Assembly (NCBI RefSeq): GCF_000009045.1
Contig: NC_000964.3
Span: forward strand, 2,400,001 to 2,432,000
Direction: 5' to 3'
Length of the DNA: 32,000 bases
DNA from: Bacillus subtilis subsp. subtilis str. 168
Lineage (GTDB): Bacteria > Bacillota > Bacilli > Bacillales > Bacillaceae
Shown: piece by piece, positions 8,413 to 17,184 of the stretch
How the letters are laid out: every line of letters begins with the position of its first letter
Position numbering within the stretch: position 1 is the stretch's first letter
Notes under the pieces: model-generated
Told to the model about the DNA's origin: nothing
Seen by the model: the letters and a program-made list of their open reading frames with translations, nothing else
Databases searched by the model: none
Translations under genes and position numbers: made by a program

Positions 8413-9472
8413 ATTGCTGCACCTGCTTTGTCAATGCCAGTCTGATTTGAAAGTAGCTGAACCGCTGTTCCAGCCCGTCGCGAATTTGTTTGATTTTATT
8501 CGTCCGCATCCGTTTGGCAAACTCTGCGATTTGAAGCTGGTCTTCTGCTGATACATAGTCATTAATCATAAACGCAGGCTCATGGAGAGAAATCTCGACA
8601 ATGTGGTCTTCAATCGTCGCTGTTTTCAGCTTTCTGATTTCAGCAATTCGCTGTATCGGAAACCCTTGTTTGACCATCTGCCATGTTTTCCTCGTCGACT
8701 CTGTCAGGGCATTATCTAAGTGCACATCAGAAAGGAGATCCTTTAACAAAGCATCTTCACACTCCGGAAGAGAATGAATAAAATAATGTACCGAAGCCCA
8801 AAACATGATATAGACATACCATTCGTCTTCTTTCAGCGTATCAGCAAGCTGCCTGCTCGTATAACCGATCCGATGGTGCGAGGTTAAGGAGTAGACAAAA
8901 ATTTGCGCTGCTTTGTTTTCAATCTTTTTCAAATGCGCCTCAAGCATGGCAAAAAGGCTTTTTGCCATCTCTATATGATCCGTATGCCGGGACAGGTATT
9001 TCTTTACCCAGTGAAGTGTCTTATGATCCTTTGTGACAGGGATATACTGCCTGCTCCCTTGCTGTTTATGGGATAGGACCTGCACAAGCAGCGAAAGCCT
9101 TTTCCAAAGCACGCCGGCAGCCTGCTGATAATGAGCGCCGTGACAATGAACGGGCCAAGGCCGCTCGCTAAGGGCATGTCTCAAAACTGCTGCGCCGCTG
9201 GCTGTCACTTTGTATGTATCTGATTCAGACATTGGCGCGAGATATGAATGCTTTTCAAGCTTGTCAAGCGACGCAGAAATATCGCTTCTCGAACATTTTG
9301 CCGCCATTCCAAAGTATTTTGCAGTCTGAAATAAGCCGGCATCTTGAATGGTCTGTGACGATCTCTTGCCTTTGAATAGGTGAAAAACAGCGCTTCCCGA
9401 CCGTTCCCCGTTTATTTTGCAAAGACAATCGAGAACCATAATATCGAAGTAATTTAATGACAACCTATCCAC
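8405..9472 (-). CDS. ypbB: YpbB, helix-turn-helix protein co-transcribed with recS
   Basis: 352-355 aa ORF translationally coupled to recS. The ORF-track start is GTG 9470-9472 (AGGAAG 7 nt upstream). An alternative TTG lies 3 codons downstream. A C-terminal HTH-like segment is present (IQRIAEIRKLKTATIEDHI). Confidence 0.85.
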   Translation of the reverse strand: MDRLSLNYFDIMVLDCLCKINGERSGSAVFHLFKGKRSSQTIQDAGLFQTAKYFGMAAKCSRSDISASLDKLEKHSYLAPMSESDTYKVTASGAAVLRHALSERPWPVHCHGAHYQQAAGVLWKRLSLLVQVLSHKQQGSRQYIPVTKDHKTLHWVKKYLSRHTDHIEMAKSLFAMLEAHLKKIENKAAQIFVYSLTSHHRIGYTSRQLADTLKEDEWYVYIMFWASVHYFIHSLPECEDALLKDLLSDVHLDNALTESTRKTWQMVKQGFPIQRIAEIRKLKTATIEDHIVEISLHEPAFMINDYVSAEDQLQIAEFAKRMRTNKIKQIRDGLEQRFSYFQIRLALTKQVQQYD

Positions 9473-9512
9473 CTACATTCTTCCTGACAAAAATCGTTGA
9501 TTTGCTCTTTTT

Positions 9513-9521
9513 ATTTTAACA
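9513..9521 (-). promoter_or_regulatory. Candidate extended -10 promoter element for ypbB-recS
   Basis: - strand TGTTAAAAT (TGn + TAAAAT) about 40 nt upstream of the ypbB start. There is no convincing -35. Confidence 0.3.
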
Positions 9522-9615
9522 GATTTCAAACAGAAATCGACGTTTAAAGTCATCATTAAGGGGGATGTTATGTAGATAACCCCTTATGTGATAAGCATTC
9601 TCAATCATTTTTCTG

Positions 9616-9644
9616 TTGAAATGTGGCAGCAACATCATTACAAT
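9616..9644 (+). promoter_or_regulatory. Candidate SigA promoter of fer
   Basis: TTGAAA (9616-9621), 17-nt spacer, TACAAT (9639-9644), about 85 nt upstream of the fer ATG. Confidence 0.55.
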
Positions 9645-9671
9645 AAGTAAGAGGAATAGGTGTTAAATTGA

Positions 9672-9977
<306 letters not shown>

Positions 9978-9985
9978 AAGTAACT

Positions 9986-10015
9986 AAAAAAAGCTCCCGA
10001 ACGGGAGCTTTTTTA
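9986..10015. terminator. Bidirectional terminator shared by convergent fer and ribU
   Basis: Stem AGCTCCCG (9992-9999) / CGGGAGCT (10002-10009), flanked by A7 upstream and T6 downstream. Confidence 0.88.
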
Positions 10016-10016
10016 T

Positions 10017-10589
10017 TTAATGGATATGTGCACTTCGCTGCTGCTCAATCCATGGCTTAAGCTTGATAAAAATTAGTGAGAATACAACCGTAATTACAAT
10101 ACCTTTTATCATGTTAAACGGCAGGATACCTGCGACGACTGCTGTTTTTAGCGCGCTGTCGGATAATGCCGGTGAATGTAAAAACCACGTGTATGCCGGA
10201 AGAATCAGAACATAATTTAAAATACTCATTAAAATGGTCATCGCTGCAGTTCCCAAAAGCAGGCTGACAGCCAAGCCCTTTGCTGAGTTGAGTTTTTTAA
10301 ATAAGAAAGCAGTCGGTAATATAAAGAGTGTTCCTGCAATAAAATTCGCAACTTGCCCTACAGGAACTCCGGCCATGCTTCCCTGAATGATATACTGAAG
10401 AACATTTTTTATCGCTTCTACGGCAATACCCGCCAAAGGTCCGTAAATCAGAATGGCAATAATTGCGGGAACGTCGCTAAAATCGATTTTTAAATAATCC
10501 GGAAGACCCGGAAACGGGAAATTTAACAGCATCAAAACAAATGCAATGCTGCTCAGCATGCTGACCACAACTAATTTTTTTACTTTCAC
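10017..10589 (-). CDS. ribU: Riboflavin ECF-transporter S component RibU (YpaA/FmnP)
   Basis: Polytopic membrane protein lying behind an FMN riboswitch. Start trimmed to GTG 10587-10589 (190 aa, VKVKKLVVVS) with AAGGAGAG 7 nt upstream. The rest of the ORF-track ORF lies in the leader. Confidence 0.9.
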   Translation of the reverse strand: MKVKKLVVVSMLSSIAFVLMLLNFPFPGLPDYLKIDFSDVPAIIAILIYGPLAGIAVEAIKNVLQYIIQGSMAGVPVGQVANFIAGTLFILPTAFLFKKLNSAKGLAVSLLLGTAAMTILMSILNYVLILPAYTWFLHSPALSDSALKTAVVAGILPFNMIKGIVITVVFSLIFIKLKPWIEQQRSAHIH

Positions 10590-10746
10590 TTCATTCTCTC
10601 CTTTTCGATCACATCTTACTCGAAAACGGAAAGGTTCTTTTCCAGCCAATAAAAAAACCGCTTCATATATAAAAGCGGGGTTTCGAAAATTAGGCTAGGC
10701 AAAGAAACGTTTGAAAAATTCAATTTCAAAACGCTTATGAACCTCC

Positions 10747-10873
10747 ATCTTCTCCCATCCAGACTGTACTGTCGGCTCCGGAATCTCACCGAATCCTGCT
10801 GTAAAGACAGCTCGCGGGCTTAGAGCCATTGGCTCATCACCGCCGGTAGGGAATTTCACCCTGCCCCGAAGAT
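10747..10873 (-). promoter_or_regulatory. FMN riboswitch (RFN element) aptamer in the ribU leader
   Basis: - strand CTTCGGGGCAGGGTGAAATTCCCTACCGGCGGTGA ... CCGACAGTACAGTCTGGATGGGAGAAGAT. P1 is GAAGAT/ATCTTC. The conserved core is shared with the ribD leader copy in this window. Confidence 0.93.
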
Positions 10874-10895
10874 TGATCATATGAAATTTAATTAC

Positions 10896-10924
10896 ATTAT
10901 AAACGATAACTGGTTGGCTGTATA
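10896..10924 (-). promoter_or_regulatory. Candidate SigA promoter of ribU
   Basis: - strand TATACA (10919-10924), 17-nt spacer, TATAAT (10896-10901), about 25 nt upstream of the aptamer. Confidence 0.45.
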
Positions 10925-11016
10925 GAGAATTGCTTCAAATTAAATATATTACCTGCAAGCTGTCAGATCATTGATTTATTAGGCTTTACTTTTATCCTTT
11001 ACTGCGTCAATACACG

Positions 11017-11045
11017 TTGACACTCTTTTGAGAATATGTTAAATT
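11017..11045 (+). promoter_or_regulatory. Candidate SigA promoter of serA
   Basis: TTGACA (11017-11022), 17-nt spacer ending in TGT, TAAATT (11040-11045). It lies about 40 nt upstream of the serA ATG. Confidence 0.6.
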
Positions 11046-11085
11046 ATCAGATATTTAGTTTGTCAATTTAGGAGGAAATCTAACG

Positions 11086-12663
11086 ATGTTTCGAGTATTG
11101 GTCTCAGACAAAATGAGCAACGACGGTTTACAGCCACTTATTGAATCAGACTTTATTGAAATCGTTCAAAAAAACGTAGCAGATGCAGAAGATGAATTAC
11201 ATACTTTTGATGCTCTTTTGGTGCGAAGCGCGACAAAAGTAACAGAAGACCTTTTCAACAAAATGACTTCTTTAAAAATTGTCGGAAGAGCCGGTGTCGG
11301 TGTCGATAATATCGATATTGATGAGGCTACGAAACACGGGGTAATCGTGATCAATGCTCCGAACGGCAACACCATTTCGACAGCTGAGCATACATTTGCA
11401 ATGATCTCTTCTTTAATGAGACACATTCCGCAGGCTAATATCTCAGTGAAATCCAGAGAGTGGAACCGCACAGCTTATGTCGGTTCAGAGCTTTATGGAA
11501 AAACGCTTGGTATTGTAGGATTAGGCCGAATCGGAAGTGAAATTGCACAGCGTGCGAGAGCGTTCGGTATGACTGTGCACGTTTTTGATCCTTTCTTAAC
11601 GGAAGAAAGAGCGAAAAAAATCGGCGTAAACAGCCGTACATTTGAAGAAGTGCTTGAAAGTGCGGATATCATTACCGTTCACACGCCTTTAACAAAAGAA
11701 ACAAAAGGCTTATTGAATAAAGAAACGATTGCAAAAACGAAAAAAGGCGTTCGCTTAATTAACTGTGCGCGAGGCGGAATTATCGATGAAGCAGCACTTC
11801 TCGAAGCTTTGGAAAACGGGCATGTTGCGGGAGCAGCGCTTGACGTTTTCGAAGTCGAACCGCCAGTTGACAACAAACTTGTTGATCATCCATTAGTCAT
11901 TGCCACTCCTCACTTGGGAGCATCAACGAAAGAAGCACAGCTCAATGTCGCCGCCCAAGTGTCAGAAGAAGTTCTGCAGTTCGCAAAAGGCCTGCCTGTC
12001 ATGTCAGCTATCAACCTGCCTGCCATGACAAAAGATGAATTTGCTAAAATTAAGCCTTACCATCAAATTGCAGGAAAAATTGGCAGCCTTGTATCACAGT
12101 GCATGAAAGAACCAGTACAGGATGTTGCCATTCAATATGAAGGCACAATTGCTAAACTTGAAACATCGTTCATTACAAAAGCCCTTCTGTCAGGCTTTTT
12201 AAAACCGCGCGTAGACTCTACTGTTAATGAGGTCAATGCCGGGGGTGTCGCAAAAGAACGCGGCATTAGCTTCAGTGAAAAAATTTCCTCTTCTGAATCT
12301 GGATACGATAACTGCATCAGCGTAAAAGTGACAGGAGACCGCAGCACCTTTACTGTAACGGCTACGTATATTCCTCATTTCGGAGAACGAATTGTCGAGA
12401 TCAATGGATTTAATATTGATTTTTATCCGACTGGTCACTTGGTGTATATCCAGCATCAAGATACAACAGGTGTCATCGGCCGAGTAGGACGTATTCTCGG
12501 AGATAATGATATTAACATTGCAACTATGCAGGTTGGCCGTAAGGAAAAAGGCGGAGAAGCCATCATGATGCTTTCCTTTGACAGACATCTGGAAGATAAA
12601 ATTGTGAAAGAACTAACAAATGTCCCTGATATTGTGTCTGTGAAGCTCATTGATCTGCCATAA
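11086..12663 (+). CDS. serA: D-3-phosphoglycerate dehydrogenase
   Basis: 525 aa with NAD-binding GIVGLGRIGSEIA, a 2-hydroxyacid dehydrogenase core and a C-terminal ACT-like domain. GGAGG at 11071-11075. Confidence 0.96.
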   Translation: MFRVLVSDKMSNDGLQPLIESDFIEIVQKNVADAEDELHTFDALLVRSATKVTEDLFNKMTSLKIVGRAGVGVDNIDIDEATKHGVIVINAPNGNTISTAEHTFAMISSLMRHIPQANISVKSREWNRTAYVGSELYGKTLGIVGLGRIGSEIAQRARAFGMTVHVFDPFLTEERAKKIGVNSRTFEEVLESADIITVHTPLTKETKGLLNKETIAKTKKGVRLINCARGGIIDEAALLEALENGHVAGAALDVFEVEPPVDNKLVDHPLVIATPHLGASTKEAQLNVAAQVSEEVLQFAKGLPVMSAINLPAMTKDEFAKIKPYHQIAGKIGSLVSQCMKEPVQDVAIQYEGTIAKLETSFITKALLSGFLKPRVDSTVNEVNAGGVAKERGISFSEKISSSESGYDNCISVKVTGDRSTFTVTATYIPHFGERIVEINGFNIDFYPTGHLVYIQHQDTTGVIGRVGRILGDNDINIATMQVGRKEKGGEAIMMLSFDRHLEDKIVKELTNVPDIVSVKLIDLP

Positions 12664-12664
12664 T

Positions 12665-12700
12665 TAAAAAAACTCAAGCTATATAGCTTGAGTTTTTTTA
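12665..12700. terminator. Bidirectional terminator shared by convergent serA and aroC
   Basis: Stem ACTCAAGCT (12672-12680) / AGCTTGAGT (12685-12693), flanked by A7 and T7 runs. Confidence 0.88.
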
Positions 12701-12705
12701 TTGTT

Positions 12706-13473
12706 CTATCCCCGTGTGTTTTTATGCAAAATATCTAAGACACTCCTTAGCTCAGAAACAGGAATTTGGCCTGGTGCGGACGCCTCTTCTCCAGCTCCAA
12801 AAGTACAAGCCGATCCAAAAACCTCACCGCTCAGCCTGCTGATGAGCCCTGTTGCAGCCATTGACATTGTAATAATGGGGCGGTCTGCATATATTGTTTT
12901 CATTGTATACGTCGCATCAAGCAGTGTTAGGAGATCTCCAGTATCATTCGGCATGACAGCCATTTTTGGAATATGCGCGCCTAAGTCCTGCATTTTTCGA
13001 AGTCTGGAAATAATTTCATCTTTTACAGGTGTTTTTTCAAAGTCGTGATTTGACATCACCACATAGACGTTGTTTTCTTCCGCCAGCGATACTAACGCTT
13101 TTACATTTGCATCTCCTGAAAATAATTCGATGTCTATCAGATCGATGTCTTTTGTTTGGATTGCCGATTCCAGCAAAGCAAGATAGGAGCTTTCGTCCAT
13201 CTCCATGCTCCCGCCCTCTTTGTGGGTTCTGAATGTAAATAGAAATAGCTTGTCTTCTAAAGATTTACGAAGCTTAGAAATGAGCTTTGTGACCGCTTCT
13301 CTGTCATTCGCTTTTTCAAATACGTCGACTCTCCATTCAACAATGTCCGGATTCAGTAATTTTACTGCCTCTGCTTCATTCAGAATTTGTTTTTCCGTCT
13401 TTCCCATCAGCGGAATGATGATTTTCGGCATCCCTTCCCCGATGGAAACTCCTTTAATCGTTAACACGTTCAC
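12706..13473 (-). CDS. aroC: 3-dehydroquinate dehydratase, type I (named aroC in B. subtilis; aroD-type enzyme)
   Basis: Type I DHQase family. Start placed at GTG 13471-13473 (255 aa, VNVLTIKGVSIGEG) with AAAGGA upstream. The ORF-track TTG at 13482 sits too close to the SD. Confidence 0.9.
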   Translation of the reverse strand: MNVLTIKGVSIGEGMPKIIIPLMGKTEKQILNEAEAVKLLNPDIVEWRVDVFEKANDREAVTKLISKLRKSLEDKLFLFTFRTHKEGGSMEMDESSYLALLESAIQTKDIDLIDIELFSGDANVKALVSLAEENNVYVVMSNHDFEKTPVKDEIISRLRKMQDLGAHIPKMAVMPNDTGDLLTLLDATYTMKTIYADRPIITMSMAATGLISRLSGEVFGSACTFGAGEEASAPGQIPVSELRSVLDILHKNTRG

Positions 13474-13557
13474 TCGTCTCAAATCCTTTCAATCTTTACC
13501 TTGTTTTATTATACACGTACAACTTTTTTTTGAAAATTTCTATTATATGAATAGCAA

Positions 13558-13584
13558 CTAAAAAAGAGCCTTAAAGGGCTCTTT
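13558..13584 (-). terminator. Rho-independent terminator after sigX-rsiX
   Basis: Stem GAGCC (13566-13570) / GGCTC (13577-13581) with A/T extension, followed by T6 on the - strand. It directly follows the rsiX stop (13585-13587). Confidence 0.7.
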
Positions 13585-14691
13585 TTAGTTTAAGGAAATC
13601 GGATTTGGAGCAGCTGGCACCGGAATTGCATCTGATATGTCATATTTGCCGATTTTTTTCGTTCTGGTTTCCGTAAAGGTCACTTCTGTGAAGCCAAACT
13701 CTTTTGCAGTCAAAAGTAGTCCCTCAATCATTAAAATACCGGCAATAGAATCATCAACTTCTGACTCCTTTGAAAAGCGGATATATAAGTGTTTCTGTTT
13801 CTTCGTTACAGATTGGACAGCACCCGCTTGAATAAGAGGTGTCGTATCTTCTTGGCTGCTCGATTCCATTTCCTTAATCGCTTCTTTTACTGTATCAAAA
13901 GAATGATTTGACGGAACGAGAAAGTCTTGTCCTTGTTTATTTTGGTACAAGTAGTAGGATCGTTTTGACTGTTTGGGAATCGAAATTTCCGTAAAAGTGC
14001 CATATGAGCCAATCCGAACCCCAGTCTCATTTTGATCCGATAAAAATTTGACTTTTTCATAAGGACTCCATTTTAAGGATTCTTTAAGCAATTTTTTTAA
14101 CAGTGTATCATCTTTTATAGAAAATGCCGTAGCTGGCTGATGGACTCGTATACTTAATTCCTTCTGCTTTGGTTTTTCCTTTATTTCTACTTCATCTATG
14201 AAGGTTGGAATTGTAATGGCATGATCAAGGATGCCCAATTCACTACTTTCAAACAGCATATCCTGGATCGTTTGGTCTGCATTTGTTTTTTGAATGCTGA
14301 CGGGTATGATTGCAGATGTATCGGCATCAGCAACCGCTACAGTGATGTAATTGTCTTGTTCCTTTTCAGGAACGACAAACGATGTCTGATCCAAGGACGA
14401 TGCAGCTTTTGGGCTGTCTTCTGTCTCAGTTTTCGTTACTGCGTTCTCTTGGGACGCTTCTTTTTGTTGAGGCTGTGCCTGATCAAAGAAATGAGGAGAA
14501 ATAATGAAGGCGATATAAACCGCAATTGCAGCGGCACACGCGGGGCCAATCCACCTGACAGCGGGCTTATTTTTACGCTTTGCCATCGTCAGCCGCTTGT
14601 AAATATCCTGAGGCGAACGATGGTCTTTAACTGCCGGAAGTTGACTTAACAACTCCTTTATCTGTTCTTCGTTCCATTCTGACTTCATCAT
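13585..14691 (-). CDS. rsiX: Anti-sigma-X factor RsiX
   Basis: 368-aa single-pass membrane protein (TM IGPACAAAIAVYIAFIISP) immediately downstream of sigX. Strong SD GGGAGGAG lies 7 nt upstream of ATG 14689-14691. Confidence 0.93.
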   Translation of the reverse strand: MMKSEWNEEQIKELLSQLPAVKDHRSPQDIYKRLTMAKRKNKPAVRWIGPACAAAIAVYIAFIISPHFFDQAQPQQKEASQENAVTKTETEDSPKAASSLDQTSFVVPEKEQDNYITVAVADADTSAIIPVSIQKTNADQTIQDMLFESSELGILDHAITIPTFIDEVEIKEKPKQKELSIRVHQPATAFSIKDDTLLKKLLKESLKWSPYEKVKFLSDQNETGVRIGSYGTFTEISIPKQSKRSYYLYQNKQGQDFLVPSNHSFDTVKEAIKEMESSSQEDTTPLIQAGAVQSVTKKQKHLYIRFSKESEVDDSIAGILMIEGLLLTAKEFGFTEVTFTETRTKKIGKYDISDAIPVPAAPNPISLN

Positions 14692-15211
14692 CCATTAGCT
14701 CCTCCCTCAAAAGCTCCATATGTTTCCGAAGTACTTTGAGCCCTCTGTGTTGGGTCGTTTTTACTTTGCTTTCCGAGAAGCGCAGAGCCTTGGCTGTTTC
14801 CTGTATTGAATATCCCTGAATAAACCGCAAGATAATCACAGCTCTTTGATCGATTGTACATTGATCAAGCGCAGCATAAATTTCCCGGACATTTTCATGT
14901 TGAACCGCAAGTTCGTCCGGCAGCAATTGCTGATCCCTGACATCCTGTGTATCCCAGTCAAATGTACCGAGTATACGCTGTCTGATTGTTTGCTGTTTAC
15001 GGAACCAGTCTATCGCAACATGGCGTGCGATAGACAAAAGCCATGTTTTTTCACTGCTTCTTCCTTCAAACGTATGATAAGAATTTAATACCCGGATATA
15101 AACCTCTTGAAGAAGGTCTTCTGTCTGGTTTTTATCCTTTACCATATAAAATAAAAATTGGTACAAATCTTGATGATATGTATCATATAATAATTGAAAG
15201 GTTTCTTCCAT
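14627..15211 (-). CDS. sigX: ECF RNA polymerase sigma factor SigX
   Basis: 194-aa sigma-70 family ECF protein with region 2 (LLQEVYIRVL..., DWFR) and region 4 HTH (YSIQETAKALRFSESKVKTTQHRG). GGAGGGG lies upstream of the ATG. Confidence 0.95.
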   Translation of the reverse strand: MEETFQLLYDTYHQDLYQFLFYMVKDKNQTEDLLQEVYIRVLNSYHTFEGRSSEKTWLLSIARHVAIDWFRKQQTIRQRILGTFDWDTQDVRDQQLLPDELAVQHENVREIYAALDQCTIDQRAVIILRFIQGYSIQETAKALRFSESKVKTTQHRGLKVLRKHMELLREELMDDEVRMERRTDKGVVKSTSGS

Positions 15212-15236
15212 TTGAAACCCCTCCGTTCACTTTTTT

Positions 15237-15263
15237 GTCGTATGAATAGCTTGAAAAGTTACA
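15237..15263 (-). promoter_or_regulatory. SigX-dependent autoregulatory promoter (PX)
   Basis: - strand TGTAAC (15258-15263), 17-nt spacer, CGAC (15237-15240). This is an exact match to the published SigX consensus tGtAAC-N17-CGAC and lies about 25 nt upstream of the sigX ATG. Confidence 0.75.
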
Positions 15264-15343
15264 TTACAACTATATTACGAGTAACTGGAATTTGGAAGGG
15301 AATTTATATTAACATATCCTTAAATTTTATTAATGTTGGCTAT

Positions 15344-15376
15344 TAAAAAAACACCCGCTCAGTCAGCGGGTGTTTC
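15344..15376 (-). terminator. Rho-independent terminator after the res operon
   Basis: Stem ACACCCGCT (15351-15359) / AGCGGGTGT (15365-15373), followed by T7 on the - strand. Confidence 0.88.
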
Positions 15377-15414
15377 TTATGGAACAAGATTCTTCGGCAA
15401 ATTCAGACTCGATT

Positions 15415-17184
15415 TTACCGTTTTGTCGGAATATAAAAAGAAAATGTTGTTCCTTTATCTATTCGGCTGTGCACAGTAATTGATCCGTTGTGGGCTTCCA
15501 CGATATTTTTAACGATAGCCAGCCCTAACCCGGTTCCTGCTCTGCCCCTTGTCCGCGCTTTATCTGCCTTATAAAACCGCTCAAAGATAAATGGCAGATC
15601 TTCTTCCGGTATGCCAGACCCGGAGTCTTTGATATCAATTTTCAATCCATCCTTCACAGAATGGACTGAAATGGAGACACTGCCGCCGGCTGAAGTATGC
15701 CGCAGCGCGTTATCAATCAAATTGGTAAATACCTGCTCCATCTTGTCTTCATCAAACATAAATTCCTCTTCTGTGAGAGAAATGTCATGATCTAAAGCAA
15801 TATTTTTTTCTTTCGCAACACCGGAAAACTTCCGAATGATCTTTTCTAAAAACTCATTCACATTGATTTTTTCATAATGTAAGCCTGTATGGCCTGATTC
15901 CATTCGGGCTAAATCAAGCAAATCATTAACTAAACGGCCCATTCGGAGCGATTCGTCATAAATGATTTGGGCAATTTCTTTCCGGTCTTCTTCAGAGCTT
16001 GCAATGTCATCGACAATTGCTTCACTGTATCCCTGAAGCATGGAGATCGGTGTTCTCAGCTCATGACTGACATTTGCGATAAAGTCCTCCCGCAGCTTAT
16101 CAAGGCGGCGTTCTTCTGTCATGTCACGCAGTACGGCAACCGCTCCTCTGACGTGCGATTCCGCATAAAGCGGCGACATCAAAAGCACCCATGATCTGCC
16201 TTGAAGCGTCATCTCAATCATTTGTTCTTTTTCAGTGCTGACAGCGTTTTGAAACAGCTCTTTTGCTTCAGGCGGAAGATTGTCGCCTTCTTTGATATTC
16301 ATGTTCTGTTCATAATACCAAGCCTGAAGAAAACGTTCAGCCGGCGGGTTGGTCACAAGAATCGTACCGTCAATATTAATGGTAATAACCCCGTCAGCCA
16401 TACTGCTCAAAATGTTAGAAAGCTGCTCTTTTTCTTGATTGAGCGCATTGATATGAAAGTTAAGCTGCCGGCCCATTTGATTAAAAGCGGTCGCCAGTTC
16501 ACCGATTTCATCCTGAGTTAAAATCGGGATTTTTGTATCGAACTTGCCCTTCGCCAAATCCTGCGCGCCTTCTCTCATTTTTCGGAGAGGGTACGTGACC
16601 CTGCTTGATAAAAAGAATGCGAAAAATGTGGTCAGCACAATCGCAATTCCAGCGGCAAGAAAAATATAGCGGGTCGTATGTTTTGTTGTATCTTTAACGG
16701 CAAGCAAAGACTGGGATAAAAAGACCATGCCTTTCTTTCCGTCTTTTTCATACGGGACACCTACAATCAGGCGTTCATTATCCGTGTCTGTATCGCTCAG
16801 TCCCGTCCGTTTGCTTACTTTTTTATGGTCTTTGAGAGCTTTATTTAAGTCTTTGTCATGCTGTATTTGCTCAACCGTAATAGACGACAGGCGATTTTTA
16901 TCATTCGGAGAATACCAGTGGTTCTTCTCATCCTGGATGATGGCAATGCTTGTTAAGTTATCAGCGAGTTCCCAAGTGATTGACCTTGCCAGTGCCTGGT
17001 CCTCGTGATTTTCTAGGATGACAGCAACTTTATTCGCAAGCTGTGTTAAATCATTCTCAGCTTCTTCCACATGGTAGTTTTCAATAAACTCCAGCAAAAG
17101 AACCGTTAAAATGAACAATACGATCAAGACGAGTGAAAGGATCGTAAACCACAGCTTGCCTACTACGCTTTTCCAAAATTTCAT
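15415..17184 (-). CDS. resE: Sensor histidine kinase ResE
   Basis: 589 aa with two TM segments, HAMP, PAS, H-box SHELRTP and G-box GTGLGLAIV. The ATGA overlap with the resD stop indicates coupling. Confidence 0.96.

Noticed and set aside
10695-10880. 61-aa - strand ORF (MINLRGRVKFPTGGDEP...)
   Set aside because: It lies entirely within the ribU FMN riboswitch aptamer and leader. It has no SD, and the sequence is explained by conserved RNA structure.
14221-14649. 142-aa + strand ORF
   Set aside because: It is antisense to rsiX. There is no SD or motif support.
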